IMG/VR virus record: IMGVR_UViG_3300031452_000003
Location: 866 to 64,865 of that record
Reading direction: 5' to 3' (one strand)
Origin: a virus
DNA length: 64,000 nt
This document shows positions 8,793-19,177 of this stretch, in pieces. A program made the translations under genes and the position numbers. How positions within the stretch are numbered: position 1 is the stretch's first letter; each line of letters opens with the position of its first letter. The notes below the pieces were generated by a model, which was given only the letters and a program-made list of their open reading frames with translations, had not been told where the DNA came from and did not search any database.

Positions 8793-10168
8793 CCGACGGG
8801 GGTCGGCCCCGTCCACGTCGCGGCCACGCCCGTGCTGGCCGCGCCGGTCCAGCCGCGCCCCACCAGCGTCACCGCCAGAGTCACCGAATAGGGCGGATAC
8901 CCGGCCAGGCCCGCCGGGACGTAGACAGTCCAAGCGGCAACCCCGAGCGCCCAGAGGGCGTAGTCGGGGGCGACGACCAGGCCCCGCCGGTCGGGGATGA
9001 GCACGGGCTGGAAGCCGATGTCCGCGAAAACGCCCGCCACGCTGAAATCGGCGGCGACGGTGTAGTTCCCCGCCGAGGGGAACGAGGCCGCGAAATGTGC
9101 CAGCGTGACGACGCTGACGGGTTGCCCCGCCGCGCCCTGCGGGATGCCGAAGTTCAGGACCGCCGCTGACGCCGTGCCGCCGTTGGTGACGGTCGCCGCC
9201 GCCCCCGCCGCGAGGGTCGCCGTGGTGCCGACCGAAACCGTCGCCGCCGTCCCGTTCGTGCCGCTTGCGCCCGCCGCCCCGGCGGGGCCTTGCACTCCCT
9301 GCACCCCGCCCGGCCCCGCCGCTCCCTGCACCCCTTGGTCGCCCTTCGAGGCGAGCAGGGTCCACGAGGCCGCGTCCGTGCCGGGCTGAACACCCGTGGA
9401 CGCGGCCAGCGCCCCGTACACCGAGCCGCCGTAGGAGGCCACGTCGAAGGCAACATAGGCCGTCGCCGCCGCCCACGCGCCCCGCAGCGTGAAGCCCTGC
9501 CCCCGGACGCCCTGCTGGCCCTGCGGCCCCTGCGCCCCGCCCGGCCCCTGCGGCCCCGGCTGGCCCTGGACGCCCTGGCCCCCCTGCGGCCCCTGCGCGC
9601 CGGTCGCGTCCGCCCACTCGTGCCCGTCCCAGTAGCGGGGCACGGCGGGGGTCTGGGACGTGTCCACCCACAGCCGCCCCAAATCGGCGGGCGGCTGCGC
9701 CCCGCTGTAGGTCGCCGCGTAGGTCCGCCCGTTCGGCAGCCGCCCGTCGAGCGCCGTCAGCAGGTACGGCCCGTCGGCGGGCGCGGCCCCGGCCTGGGGC
9801 GCGGGCGGGAAGCCGCCGCCGGGCGGGAAGGAGGGTGGCCTGTAGACGCCCGAGCCTGGGAAAAACGGGGTCGTGCGCGCGCCCACGCCGTTCGGGTCGG
9901 GTGCGCCGCGCAGTACGCCCGTCGCCCTGTCCGTCGCCCTGCCCGTGCTGTAGCCGCGCGGCCCGCCCCCCTGCCCCTGGGCGGCGGGCGGGCGCGCGGC
10001 CCGCGCCATGATGGCCTCGGTGAAGGCCGTGGGGGCGGGCTGATTGGGCGTCCCGCGCCGCGCGAGCCGGTCCAGGATGTCCGGGGCCAGGCCCGACGAC
10101 GGCGTCGCGGGCGGCAGGGTCGCGTACTCGGTCTTAATTGGAGATTCGGTTTTAACGGTATCGGTCAT
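8789..10168 (-). CDS. Collagen-like tail fibre protein
   Basis: GXY repeats (GAQGPQGGQGVQGQPGPQG). CBM5/12-like segment AWAAATAYVAFDVASYGGSVY. Confidence 0.8.
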   Translation of the reverse strand: MTDTVKTESPIKTEYATLPPATPSSGLAPDILDRLARRGTPNQPAPTAFTEAIMARAARPPAAQGQGGGPRGYSTGRATDRATGVLRGAPDPNGVGARTTPFFPGSGVYRPPSFPPGGGFPPAPQAGAAPADGPYLLTALDGRLPNGRTYAATYSGAQPPADLGRLWVDTSQTPAVPRYWDGHEWADATGAQGPQGGQGVQGQPGPQGPGGAQGPQGQQGVRGQGFTLRGAWAAATAYVAFDVASYGGSVYGALAASTGVQPGTDAASWTLLASKGDQGVQGAAGPGGVQGVQGPAGAAGASGTNGTAATVSVGTTATLAAGAAATVTNGGTASAAVLNFGIPQGAAGQPVSVVTLAHFAASFPSAGNYTVAADFSVAGVFADIGFQPVLIPDRRGLVVAPDYALWALGVAAWTVYVPAGLAGYPPYSVTLAVTLVGRGWTGAASTGVAATWTGPTPVG

Positions 10169-10172
10169 GTGG

Positions 10173-12848
10173 CTACTCCCTCGCCCCCGGCTGCCATGTC
10201 GCCCCGGCGTCGAGGGAGTGACCCAGGGCGGCGAAGTCCGTGCCCGCGCTGTCCGAGGCGTAGAGCGTTGCCGCGCCGTCCGCGCAGACGCAGAGCAGGA
10301 GGCGGCCCCCGCGCGCCGTGGCGGCGGCGATGCGGCACGTCTCCCGGTCCACCAGAAGCGGCTGGCCCCCCACGGTGACGCACCCCAGGTCGCCCCATGT
10401 CCGGCCCGCGTCCGGCGTCGCCGCCCAGCCGATGCCGGTCCGCTGCCCCCAGTCCCGCCCCGTCGGGCTGCGCGCGCCGTAGGGGTAGGCGTAGGCGCTG
10501 TTCACCCCGGCGTACTCGGGGTCGGCGTCCGAGTGGAACGCGCCCGCGAGCGTCCTGCCGTCGAAGGCGAACGAGTCGCGGGGGCTGGGCAGGCCCGTCA
10601 GCAGCACCTGGAACAGCGTCAGCGTCCCCTCCTGGTCCGCCCCCCGCGCCCAGCAGATGCCGCCGCCCGAGCCGAACGCCTGGGGCGGGTCGCCCCCATT
10701 AAAGCCCCCGCCGCGCGCGCCGTCCGCGAACGGGTAGCCCGGAACGTGGAGGAGGTCTTCCCGGTACGTCCCCAGCGTCGCCCCCGCGCCCTGCGCCCGG
10801 TTGACGTTCGCGTAAGACTCTTGGAACGAGAGCGCGCGGTCCTTCGAGGCGTAGACCAGGGCGAGGCTCAGGGTGGCGAACGGGGCGACGACCGCGCCGT
10901 AGGGGCCGAGGTCGCCCCGCTCGGCGTAGGCCGGGAGCCGGTTCGCGCCGACCCACATCCCATGAGAAAAGGCGTAGCCCGCCCCGTAGGGGGGCACCGC
11001 GTCCGCGTAGGACACCGACCCGGCGGGCGGCGAGTAGCCGGGGTAGGTCCCGGCGGGGTAGTAGAGCGCGCCCACCTCCCGGCTGACCGCCCAGGGCGGC
11101 GTCCTGCCCGACGCCGCGAAGGCCGCGAACGCAGCGGGCAGGGGTACCCGGTAGCCCGCCGCGTCGGCGAGCAGCGCCTTCTCGCTGCGGCCCGTGCCCG
11201 CGACGAACTGGACGCCGGGGGGCACGTCGGGCACCCGGAACAGGGCGTAGGGCGGGTCGCCGGCCACGGGGTAGATAGAAACCCGCCCGTAGACGACGCC
11301 CCGCGCATCGGCCACGACGAGGAACACCGGGGACGGGAGGGTGCCGCCCGTCTGGACGTCGCCGAAAGCGCCGGGCGTGTAGACCGGCGGCGTCAGTGGG
11401 CCGCCGAGGAGCGCCTCGGCGTCCGCCCGCAGCGGGGGCGTCCCGTCCCGCCACGTCCGCCCGTGGTCGGGCGTGTCCCGCCACCGGAGCCGGCTGACCG
11501 CCGCGTCGCCCCCGCGCTGCGACTCCCGGTCCCACGCCACGTCGGCGCGGGCCGTGCGGAAATTGTGCTCGACCTCGATTCGGGTCAGCCCCTCCTCGGG
11601 CAGCGCGTAGACGCGCGCGGGCAGGCAGAAGTAGCCGGCGGCGAGCGGCACGGACCCGACGTCCGCGCCGGTCGTCCACGGGAGGCGGGTGCCGGCAGGC
11701 TCGACGCCCGACTCCATGTACCGGAGCGGCAGACCCTTGACCCAGGCGAGGTTGTAGTACGCCGCATGGCCCGTGCCGTCGCCGTAGGGGCGCGCGGCGG
11801 AGAAGCCGAGCGGCTGGACCGACCACACCTGCCGGTAGTCCGCCGCCCCGAGGGCGAGCGAGACGCGGCCCGTCACCGGGTCGCAGTCCATCGCGGGCAC
11901 GAGCAGGCGGCGGTCGCGCGTGACGAGGACGGGCGCGGCGCTCGTCGGGTCGTACCCGACAAGCGCCTTGACGGTCATGGCCGCGCTGCCCCCGGCGGTT
12001 CCGGTGAGTCGGAGTGGCCCGACGTTTACACGGACGCCCGCAGTGGAATACCTTGCGAACTGCCCGTCAAACACGTTGTCGCTCAGGTTGTCGGTTCTGT
12101 TAAACACGGCCCGTCCGTAACGGGTCGGGTAGTTCAGCCCCGCGATGGCAGGCTGGAGCGGAGAGCCGGGGCCGCCATTCTGGCCGCGCCGCGTGGCGAG
12201 ATAGTAGTAGCCGCTCTGGGCTGGGGTCAGCGTCACCTGATTCGATTGCGTTCCGGTGGGGGAGGCGGGCGTGTCCGTCCCATCGATAAAAACTACCGTT
12301 CCGCTCTCGTAATAGAGTTGGTAATAGTAATTCTGGGGATTGTAGGGGACGTGGACAAGCACGACGGGGTCGTCCGTGCCCGAAACCGTCCAGCTTATCG
12401 TGACGGACTCGCCCGGCGCGATAAGCTGGACGGCCCCGCCGGGGCCGCCTGCGCCCGCCCGGATGTTTATCCCCAACTCGGGAACCCGGCGGTAGAGGCT
12501 GACGGCCCAAGGGCCGTACTGTCCGGGCGGATAGTTGTAGGCCCGGATGGTGCCGGTGCCCGCCGCCGTCGCGCCGGTCATCATCAGCGAGTAGACGATG
12601 TCGTAGGCGAACGTGACCGTAACGTCGCCGCCCCCGGTCGGCATCGGTACTTGGCTGCCGTCGTCCCCGAGCAGATAGGCCGCGACCTGCGCGGGGTTGA
12701 GCCAGGGGTTGCCGGGGGGTTCGCCGTAGCTGGGGTCCGACGCCGAGTTAGGGAGCCAAGTGACCTTTGCCGTCTCGCCCAGCCGGAGACGGTCGTTTAA
12801 AATCGGTGCCCTGTCTGAATAAAACGCGGCGGCATTGGCGTTTGCCAT
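10173..12848 (-). CDS. Large minor tail protein
   Basis: 891-aa Y/G/P-rich ORF inside the tail operon. Confidence 0.6.
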   Translation of the reverse strand: MANANAAAFYSDRAPILNDRLRLGETAKVTWLPNSASDPSYGEPPGNPWLNPAQVAAYLLGDDGSQVPMPTGGGDVTVTFAYDIVYSLMMTGATAAGTGTIRAYNYPPGQYGPWAVSLYRRVPELGINIRAGAGGPGGAVQLIAPGESVTISWTVSGTDDPVVLVHVPYNPQNYYYQLYYESGTVVFIDGTDTPASPTGTQSNQVTLTPAQSGYYYLATRRGQNGGPGSPLQPAIAGLNYPTRYGRAVFNRTDNLSDNVFDGQFARYSTAGVRVNVGPLRLTGTAGGSAAMTVKALVGYDPTSAAPVLVTRDRRLLVPAMDCDPVTGRVSLALGAADYRQVWSVQPLGFSAARPYGDGTGHAAYYNLAWVKGLPLRYMESGVEPAGTRLPWTTGADVGSVPLAAGYFCLPARVYALPEEGLTRIEVEHNFRTARADVAWDRESQRGGDAAVSRLRWRDTPDHGRTWRDGTPPLRADAEALLGGPLTPPVYTPGAFGDVQTGGTLPSPVFLVVADARGVVYGRVSIYPVAGDPPYALFRVPDVPPGVQFVAGTGRSEKALLADAAGYRVPLPAAFAAFAASGRTPPWAVSREVGALYYPAGTYPGYSPPAGSVSYADAVPPYGAGYAFSHGMWVGANRLPAYAERGDLGPYGAVVAPFATLSLALVYASKDRALSFQESYANVNRAQGAGATLGTYREDLLHVPGYPFADGARGGGFNGGDPPQAFGSGGGICWARGADQEGTLTLFQVLLTGLPSPRDSFAFDGRTLAGAFHSDADPEYAGVNSAYAYPYGARSPTGRDWGQRTGIGWAATPDAGRTWGDLGCVTVGGQPLLVDRETCRIAAATARGGRLLLCVCADGAATLYASDSAGTDFAALGHSLDAGATWQPGARE

Positions 12849-12934
12849 GTATTGTCCGTTTCCTGAGTGCCACCCTGCCGTCCCCCAGGGCTGACCCGGA
12901 ATAAACCGGGGCGGCTGCTAAACCAGGGCGGCTG

Positions 12935-13321
12935 CTAAACCAGGGCGACGGTTATGTCCCCGGCGTTGCACCCAATGAGGTCCCCGGCTATGACGGGGAG
13001 CGGGGACGGGACCAGGCCGTAGAAGAGCAGGTTCCCGCCGTCGTCATAGATGCCGAACCCCGCGACGCCGCCCCAGTCGTGGGCCGCTAGTGGGAACGAG
13101 GCGTTAGAGGTGCTGGCGGCTGTCCCGCCCGTCACGGGGCCGAACGTGACGGGCGCGCGCTGGTATCCGTAAGCCGAATCCGGCTCGGCCCCGCCTATGT
13201 CGCTCGGGACCGAAACGAAGGCCGCGAGCAGCAGCCGGGACGGCAGGGTGAACGGCGTCCCGTGGAGCGCCGCGTTCAGCACCGCATTTTTCAGATAGAA
13301 GGACATCCCCAGACAGGGCAT
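12935..13321 (-). CDS. Small tail-fibre-associated protein
   Basis: YQRAPVTF...SFPLAAHDWGGVAGFGIYDDGGNLLFYG resembles a common phage minor tail family. Confidence 0.7.
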   Translation of the reverse strand: MPCLGMSFYLKNAVLNAALHGTPFTLPSRLLLAAFVSVPSDIGGAEPDSAYGYQRAPVTFGPVTGGTAASTSNASFPLAAHDWGGVAGFGIYDDGGNLLFYGLVPSPLPVIAGDLIGCNAGDITVALV

Positions 13322-13383
13322 GGCAGGAATCTCTCCCCCCTTACAGCGTCGACCGGACTAAAGCGTCGGACTAAAGCGTCGGA

Positions 13384-14346
13384 CTAAAGCGCCGACCGCG
13401 CGGCCAGCGTGATGACGTCGAAGTCGCCCTTGGTGGCGGACGACGCTCGTGCCGGGTCGGGCGCGATGCCGGTGACGCCCGCCAGCCGGTCGGACTGCGC
13501 CGCCGTGCCCCCGTTTGCGCCACCCGCCGCGCCCACCAGGGCGGACGCCGGGAGCACCTGTCCCAGCGCGGCAAGGCCCGTCCCGATGTCTCCGCGCCAC
13601 GTCACCGACCGCCCGGCCTGGTTGACCCCGGTGAGCACGACGAACAGGCTCCCGTCCGGCACCTGGCCCGCGAGCGGGGGCGGCGGCTGGCCCGGCGCGG
13701 GCGCGGCACGGGATGGGGCGCGCCCGCACCGGACGGCGAAGAGGCCCGGCCCGGCGGGGGCGTAGGGGGCCGACCCCGCCGTCAGCAGGGCCAGGCCCGC
13801 CGCGTATCCGGGGTTCGTGGCGGGCAGCGCGTAGGACGCCAGCACCAGACCCGTGGGGGCGAACACGGCGTCCGGGGGCAGGGCGCTCCCCCCGCCCGTC
13901 AGCAGCGACACCAGGGCGGCGTAGGACGGGTGGGCGAGGGAAGCGTAGGACGACCCCGCGCCCTTCCCCGCCGGGGACGGGTCGGGGCAGCCGTTGGCGT
14001 AGCGCAGGCACGAGGCCACGTCCCCCACGGCGGGGGGCAGTCCCGCCGCCGCGCCCCCCGACTGTTTCAGATAGGATGACAGGGCGGACACGCCCCCGCT
14101 CAGGGCCAGCGCGAACGGCGCGGGCGACGTGGCCGCGCGGTAGGCGGCCAGCGCGGCGGGGCCGAGCGTACCGATGGCGACGGGGTCGCCGAGCGAGGGG
14201 ATGGCCGCCGTGCCATCCCCGTAGATGGCCGTGACGTCGGCGGCCAGTTTGGCGACCAGGGCGGGCAGGGCCGCCGCCTGCGCCTCGTACTCGCCCGCCA
14301 GCCGGTCCGTCCGCGTCAGGATTTGCGCCGTCGTCAGAAAAGTCAT
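13384..14346 (-). CDS. Hypothetical virion protein
   Basis: 320-aa coupled ORF in the tail operon. Confidence 0.55.
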   Translation of the reverse strand: MTFLTTAQILTRTDRLAGEYEAQAAALPALVAKLAADVTAIYGDGTAAIPSLGDPVAIGTLGPAALAAYRAATSPAPFALALSGGVSALSSYLKQSGGAAAGLPPAVGDVASCLRYANGCPDPSPAGKGAGSSYASLAHPSYAALVSLLTGGGSALPPDAVFAPTGLVLASYALPATNPGYAAGLALLTAGSAPYAPAGPGLFAVRCGRAPSRAAPAPGQPPPPLAGQVPDGSLFVVLTGVNQAGRSVTWRGDIGTGLAALGQVLPASALVGAAGGANGGTAAQSDRLAGVTGIAPDPARASSATKGDFDVITLAARSAL

Positions 14347-15038
14347 GTTGCCCCCCGTTCGAGCCGTTGTGCCTCGGCCAGCGCCTCCCGCTCGGCCTTA
14401 CGCACCCTGCTGAACATCCGCGCGAAACACAAACGGAAACGTTGCCGGTCCGTTTCCTCGGTTCCGGCCCCGTCGGCCTTGACTCCGTCGCAGGACTCGA
14501 CCGCCCACGCCATTTCCATCAGGGCCTCTGCATGGTGCGCGTCCTCGAAAAACGACGTGGCCGTGCGGGCGAAACTCAGCGTCGCCCGCCTGCCGTCCCC
14601 CGAGTCACCCCTTGGGGCGCTCCCCGAGAAGTCCGGGTAGAGCGTCTTGACGCGGACGATTTCACCCGGCCCGACGACCCTGCCCTTGCCGTTCCGTTTG
14701 AGGCTCGTGCGGGCGACGCACCTCTCCCGGCTCCCGTCTGTCATCAGGACGACGGCGCGCTGACCCGTAACGGACAGCACGTACCCGAGGTTCGTTGCGC
14801 GCGCGCGTTCCCGCGCCTGTTTCGCCCGCGTGTGCGCCCGGACAGAGGCCGCCTTGCGGGCCGCGTTCTTGGCCCTCTCCGCCTCCCCGACGGGCCGGTT
14901 CCGGCGCGCGCGGGCGCGGCAGGCGCGGCAGATTTTCGGGCCGCCGTGGCCCGGCCTGTGGTACATGAGCGGTGTCGCCACCCATCCGCCCACACCGCCG
15001 CCGTGGTCGCGGCACCAGGACTCGCCCTCCCCGCCCAT
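14343..15038 (-). CDS. Hypothetical protein
   Basis: 231-aa ORF coupled to the next gene. Basic region with CxxC. Confidence 0.5.
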   Translation of the reverse strand: MGGEGESWCRDHGGGVGGWVATPLMYHRPGHGGPKICRACRARARRNRPVGEAERAKNAARKAASVRAHTRAKQARERARATNLGYVLSVTGQRAVVLMTDGSRERCVARTSLKRNGKGRVVGPGEIVRVKTLYPDFSGSAPRGDSGDGRRATLSFARTATSFFEDAHHAEALMEMAWAVESCDGVKADGAGTEETDRQRFRLCFARMFSRVRKAEREALAEAQRLERGAT

Positions 15039-15062
15039 TCTCGCCTCCTACAAACCCTAGGC

Positions 15063-17225
15063 CTACAGGTTTTCGAGCCAGCGCCCGTTGATGCGGGACG
15101 CCCCGAAGGACGCGCGCCGGTCGACGCCATACTCGCTCATCATGGCCGTGACGTAGAACGGGTACAGCCCGCCCAGGCAGAAGCCGTCCGTCGCCGTGAT
15201 GACGTTCAGCGGCAGGAGCTGACGCTGGAAGTACCCCTCAAGCCCCGCCGTCAGCGTCGGCAGGGACGCCTGGTAGGACAGCGCCCCAATCACCTCGTCC
15301 TGGAGGCCGGGGTCGAACAGCAGGCTGTTTATCTCAATCTCGGCGTCCGTGTTGCCGAGGAACGCCGGGTCCGACGTGTCCGTGACGACCGACTCGTTGT
15401 GCCAGTGGGCGAACACGGGCAGAAACGTGAAGGGGTCGATGGACCCGAGCACGATGTCCGAGCGCACGTCCGACAGGTCCACCGTGGCCGCCAGGGTGCC
15501 CTTCACCTGGTTCAGCAGAGGCACCCCGCCGTAGTCGTCCGGCACCACGTCGAACGCCTGATAGTAGCCCCCGAGGGCGGTGGGTGCCCAGCGCCGGAAC
15601 ACCAAAAACCCGAACACGTCGAAGGCGAGGTAGCCCTGCACGAGCCGGGCGAGCTGGCGCATGGCGTCCCAGATGCGGGTTCGGGGGTCGAACTGGAACC
15701 TCGCCCCGAGCGCCCCGGTGCCGAGCGGCAGGTGGAAATACGGCGTGTCGCTCCCCCGGCCCGGCGGCGCGTAGGGCAGGCCGATGAGGAAGTCGTCGGT
15801 GACGCCGCCGAGCTGCGCCAGGAACCGGATGGCCCCGTAGATGTCCCAGCCGTCGAACGGCGGGATGACGCCCACCGACTTGCGCCGCAGCCAGTGTTCT
15901 TTGCCGTACAGCAGGAACGTCGTCTCGCGCACGGGGTCCTGCCGCGACTGCTGGACGCCCCCTATCCAGCCCGTCAGCCGCCGCCAGTTGTCCCCGTCAA
16001 TCCCGGCTTCGAGGTAGCAGGCGCGGTAGCCGCTCGCGCCCGTCCAGCGCGCGTCCCGGTTGTCGCACGTCAGCCACGCCATCTGCTCGTAGCAGAGCGT
16101 CTCCAGCGGGAACGTGAGCTGCTCCCGCACCCGGCGCAGGTTCAGGTAGGTTTCGCGCACGCTGGTCCCGGTGTAGGACTGGCCCGGAAAGAAAATCGTG
16201 ACGCTGCGGACCAGCGGGGTCGCCGTGGCGAGGCCCGAGGCGTCCGCGCTGGCCGAGCCGTCCAGGGTGACGGCGTAACGGTAGGAGTTACCGAGCAGTA
16301 TCTCGCCCTCCACCGTCACGGTCGCCCCCGGCCCCTGCACCGCGTCCGCCTGGGCCTGGGGCGCGTTGACGATGGCGAGGCCGTTGTCGCGGACGTCGCT
16401 GATGATGCTCCCGAGCGGGACGAACCGGAGCGGGAGGAACTGGACGCGGACGGCCCCGTTCATGCCCGAGACGGTGAGCGGCCCCGCCGGCAGGGTGTAT
16501 CCGTCGAGGCGCAGGGCCAGCGTCGCGTCCCCCTGCCCCAGCGTCAGCACGACCGCCCCCTCGGAGGGCAAGCACAGGACGCGCAGGCGGTAGGTCTTGT
16601 CTGCCCGCAGCGCGAGGTACTTGGCGCAGTCGTCCACGTCCCGCGCGCGGGAGACCTCGGCCCACCGCGTCGTCCCGTCCGCGTTCGGCCCCGTGTTCAG
16701 TTCCAGGACGGGCGGCTGGCCGAACGCGAGCGTCAGCCGCAGCCCGCCGGGAACGCCGTCGGCGAGGGAGACCTGCGTGTAGAGCGAGTCGGGCGACCGC
16801 GCGGCGTCGCGCGCCTGCTCCTCGCGGTAGAGGTTTAGGTAGAACGAGGAGGACTCGTCCACGTCCCATGCGCTGGTGGCCGAGAACCTGCGCCCCGGCG
16901 TCGAATCGGGCATCTCGATGACGGGCAGGGCGGTGGCGGCGTCGAGCGCCTGCCGCCACGCGCCGCCCGTGTCGTCCGGCCCCGCGCCGCCCGCGCCCGA
17001 ACCCGTCCTGCCGAACTGCCACTGGCCGGGCAGGGTGGGACTCTGGAGCGGGTAGGGCTGGAGGATGAGGCAGCGGGTGAACGGCTCGATGACGACGCCC
17101 TGAGAGGCGAAGGCGGACGACCAGAACACGGCGTCCATCTCGTCGTACCGCTGCATATTGGGAACCCGCATCAGCCCGTAGACGGTGGTGGGGTCGGCGA
17201 TGACCGCGCGCCCGGTGATTTCCAA
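15063..17225 (-). CDS. Minor tail / baseplate hub-like protein
   Basis: 720 aa. First tail gene after the tape measure and the DUF932 insert. Confidence 0.6.
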   Translation of the reverse strand: MEITGRAVIADPTTVYGLMRVPNMQRYDEMDAVFWSSAFASQGVVIEPFTRCLILQPYPLQSPTLPGQWQFGRTGSGAGGAGPDDTGGAWRQALDAATALPVIEMPDSTPGRRFSATSAWDVDESSSFYLNLYREEQARDAARSPDSLYTQVSLADGVPGGLRLTLAFGQPPVLELNTGPNADGTTRWAEVSRARDVDDCAKYLALRADKTYRLRVLCLPSEGAVVLTLGQGDATLALRLDGYTLPAGPLTVSGMNGAVRVQFLPLRFVPLGSIISDVRDNGLAIVNAPQAQADAVQGPGATVTVEGEILLGNSYRYAVTLDGSASADASGLATATPLVRSVTIFFPGQSYTGTSVRETYLNLRRVREQLTFPLETLCYEQMAWLTCDNRDARWTGASGYRACYLEAGIDGDNWRRLTGWIGGVQQSRQDPVRETTFLLYGKEHWLRRKSVGVIPPFDGWDIYGAIRFLAQLGGVTDDFLIGLPYAPPGRGSDTPYFHLPLGTGALGARFQFDPRTRIWDAMRQLARLVQGYLAFDVFGFLVFRRWAPTALGGYYQAFDVVPDDYGGVPLLNQVKGTLAATVDLSDVRSDIVLGSIDPFTFLPVFAHWHNESVVTDTSDPAFLGNTDAEIEINSLLFDPGLQDEVIGALSYQASLPTLTAGLEGYFQRQLLPLNVITATDGFCLGGLYPFYVTAMMSEYGVDRRASFGASRINGRWLENL

Positions 17226-17389
17226 GTGGCGTACCCCTGACCGAAGCAGATACCGGGTGAGAAGATACTGGTGAGAAGATACTGGTGAGCCGATACCGGG
17301 TGAGCCGATACCGGGTGAGCCGATACCGGGTGAGCCGACGCCGGGGCGGGGTGCGAGGATAACCTCCGCCCAGGCGTCGGCCTAGTCGG

Positions 17390-17421
17390 ATTGTGGAGGG
17401 CGGGGGGCGCGTGACGCAAGA
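17390..17421 (-). promoter_or_regulatory. Late-type promoter, copy 2
   Basis: TCTTGCGTCAC-N15-CACAAT. Confidence 0.75.
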
Positions 17422-17552
17422 TTAAGGACACGCCAAGTGCTGTTAGAGCACGGTCCTCATTTTTTTGCACAACTTATTCCACTTTTTATTTTACAGGCAT
17501 CACCTCATCAAAATACGCCGTATAGGAGAGGCATAAATCGCCTCGCGGGGAC

Positions 17553-17595
17553 TTGACATCGCCGAGCGAGTTTGGTATAATGGGTATGTTAGCAA
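17553..17595 (+). promoter_or_regulatory. Consensus sigma70 promoter with ATGTTAGCAA box
   Basis: TTGACA-17-TATAAT with TGn extension, then 4 nt and ATGTTAGCAA. Confidence 0.85.
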
Positions 17596-17660
17596 AAGTG
17601 AGGGGGCGCGCACCTTCCACGCGCAGCCGCCGCAGGGCGGCGGATACAGGAGACAAAGAG

Positions 17661-18713
17661 ATGAAACAGGGAAGAACGCTGACGGAACTGGCGGCGGAGA
17701 TTGAGCGCCAAGCGGGGGCCAAAATGGACCTGATGGCCGACACGCGCGAAATCACGCTCCGCTCGAACGGCACGAGCCGCTTGGCGGTCGCGGGGGCGGG
17801 CGACTTCGGCATCACGGACATGGCGCACGGGCAGATTGCGGAACACGCGGGCATCCCGAAGGGCTACTACGACCGGATGCGGGTCGAGGCCCCCGCCCTA
17901 CTGGACGGCAACGTGAACCACTGGCTCCGCGAGCGCCCCGCCAGGCGGCTCGTGCGGACGATGGACGGCGGCGCGCGGGCGTTCCTGTCCGACCGCTACC
18001 GCCGCCTAGACAACTTCGAGCTGATGGAGGCCGTGCTGCCTACGCTGATGGAGACGCCGGGCCTGTCCGTCGCGTCCTGCGAGGTCACGGACAGGCGGCT
18101 GTACCTGAAGGTCACGACCGACCGCATCCAGGGCGAGGTCGGCGTGGGTGATGTGGTGCAGGCGGGTCTGGTCGTCTCGAACAGCGAGGTCGGGGGCGGC
18201 GCGGTCAGCGTCCAGCCAATGAGCCTGCGACTGGTTTGCCGGAACGGGGCTACGCACCAGGACTTCGGCACCCGCAAGAGCCACGTCGGGCGGCTCATCA
18301 GCGACAGCGGCGAGGGCGAGGCGTTCCGGGTGTTCGCCGACGAGACGCTGCGCGCCGACGACGGGGCCTTCTTCCTGAAGGTGCGGGACGTGGTACGGGC
18401 CGCGCTGACGCAGGAGACGTTCGGGCACATCCTGGCGAGCATGAGGGAGGCGGCGGGCGTCCGCATTGAGGGCGACCCGGTGCGGGCGGTGGAGGTGCTG
18501 GCGGCGCGGCACCGGCTGACGGAGACCGAGCGCACGTCGTCGCTGCGCCACCTTGTCTCGGGCGGCGACCTGTCCCTGTGGGGGCTGGCGAACGCGGTCA
18601 CGGCGATGGCGCAGGAGGTGCCCTCTTACGACCGGGCGAGCGAGATGGAGGCGCTGGGCGGGAGCCTCCTGGCCCTGCCCGCGACGGACGTGCGGGCGCT
18701 GGTCGCCGCGTGA
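17661..18713 (+). CDS. DUF932-like protein (moron)
   Basis: MKQGRTLTELAAEIERQ start, RAFLSDRYRRLDN, SNSEVGGG and RLVCRNG motifs. Confidence 0.75.
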   Translation: MKQGRTLTELAAEIERQAGAKMDLMADTREITLRSNGTSRLAVAGAGDFGITDMAHGQIAEHAGIPKGYYDRMRVEAPALLDGNVNHWLRERPARRLVRTMDGGARAFLSDRYRRLDNFELMEAVLPTLMETPGLSVASCEVTDRRLYLKVTTDRIQGEVGVGDVVQAGLVVSNSEVGGGAVSVQPMSLRLVCRNGATHQDFGTRKSHVGRLISDSGEGEAFRVFADETLRADDGAFFLKVRDVVRAALTQETFGHILASMREAAGVRIEGDPVRAVEVLAARHRLTETERTSSLRHLVSGGDLSLWGLANAVTAMAQEVPSYDRASEMEALGGSLLALPATDVRALVAA

Positions 18714-18747
18714 GAGCCGCCCCAGGCAGCGAAAAAGGAATAAAGAG

Positions 18748-19035
18748 ATGCCAGCGCCAAACTACAAAGACTTCGGGGCAACAAACGAGTCGGGCACCTG
18801 CTTCTGGTGCGGCAGCCGACTCCCGCGCCATGCCGTGACGGAATCCGAGCGGGTCTCGTCGCCGAACGGCATGGGGTACACCACGGTCGCGGTAAAGACC
18901 GGGGCGGTTCGCTTGGGCACCGAAGATGACGGGTTCTTCTGCGGGTTGCGGTGCGCCCACTACTTTGCGGTCAACATGGCCCACAGTGGCCGCTGGTTTC
19001 CGCCCGACAACCCGGCAACATTGCCGAGTGACTAA
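18748..19035 (+). CDS. Small Zn-binding protein
   Basis: CFWC...FCGLRC. RBS upstream. Confidence 0.6.
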   Translation: MPAPNYKDFGATNESGTCFWCGSRLPRHAVTESERVSSPNGMGYTTVAVKTGAVRLGTEDDGFFCGLRCAHYFAVNMAHSGRWFPPDNPATLPSD

Positions 19036-19177
19036 AGCACGGGGCAATCAGCGCGTCGGCCCCTGGGATACGGCCTCAGCGGCGGCCCCGTCCGAAAGCT
19101 GCCGGATGCGCTCACTCCGCCGAGGCTATCTGAAAAGCCTATCTGAAAAGCCTATCCGAAAAGCCTATCCGAAAAGC

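Noticed and set aside
8789-12848. Diversity-generating retroelement acting on tail fibres
   Set aside because: No reverse transcriptase and no template/variable repeat pair differing at adenines.
17470-17490. DnaA box in the AT-rich patch (TTATTCCAC)
   Set aside because: A single imperfect match with no cluster. More likely an UP-element region between divergent promoters.
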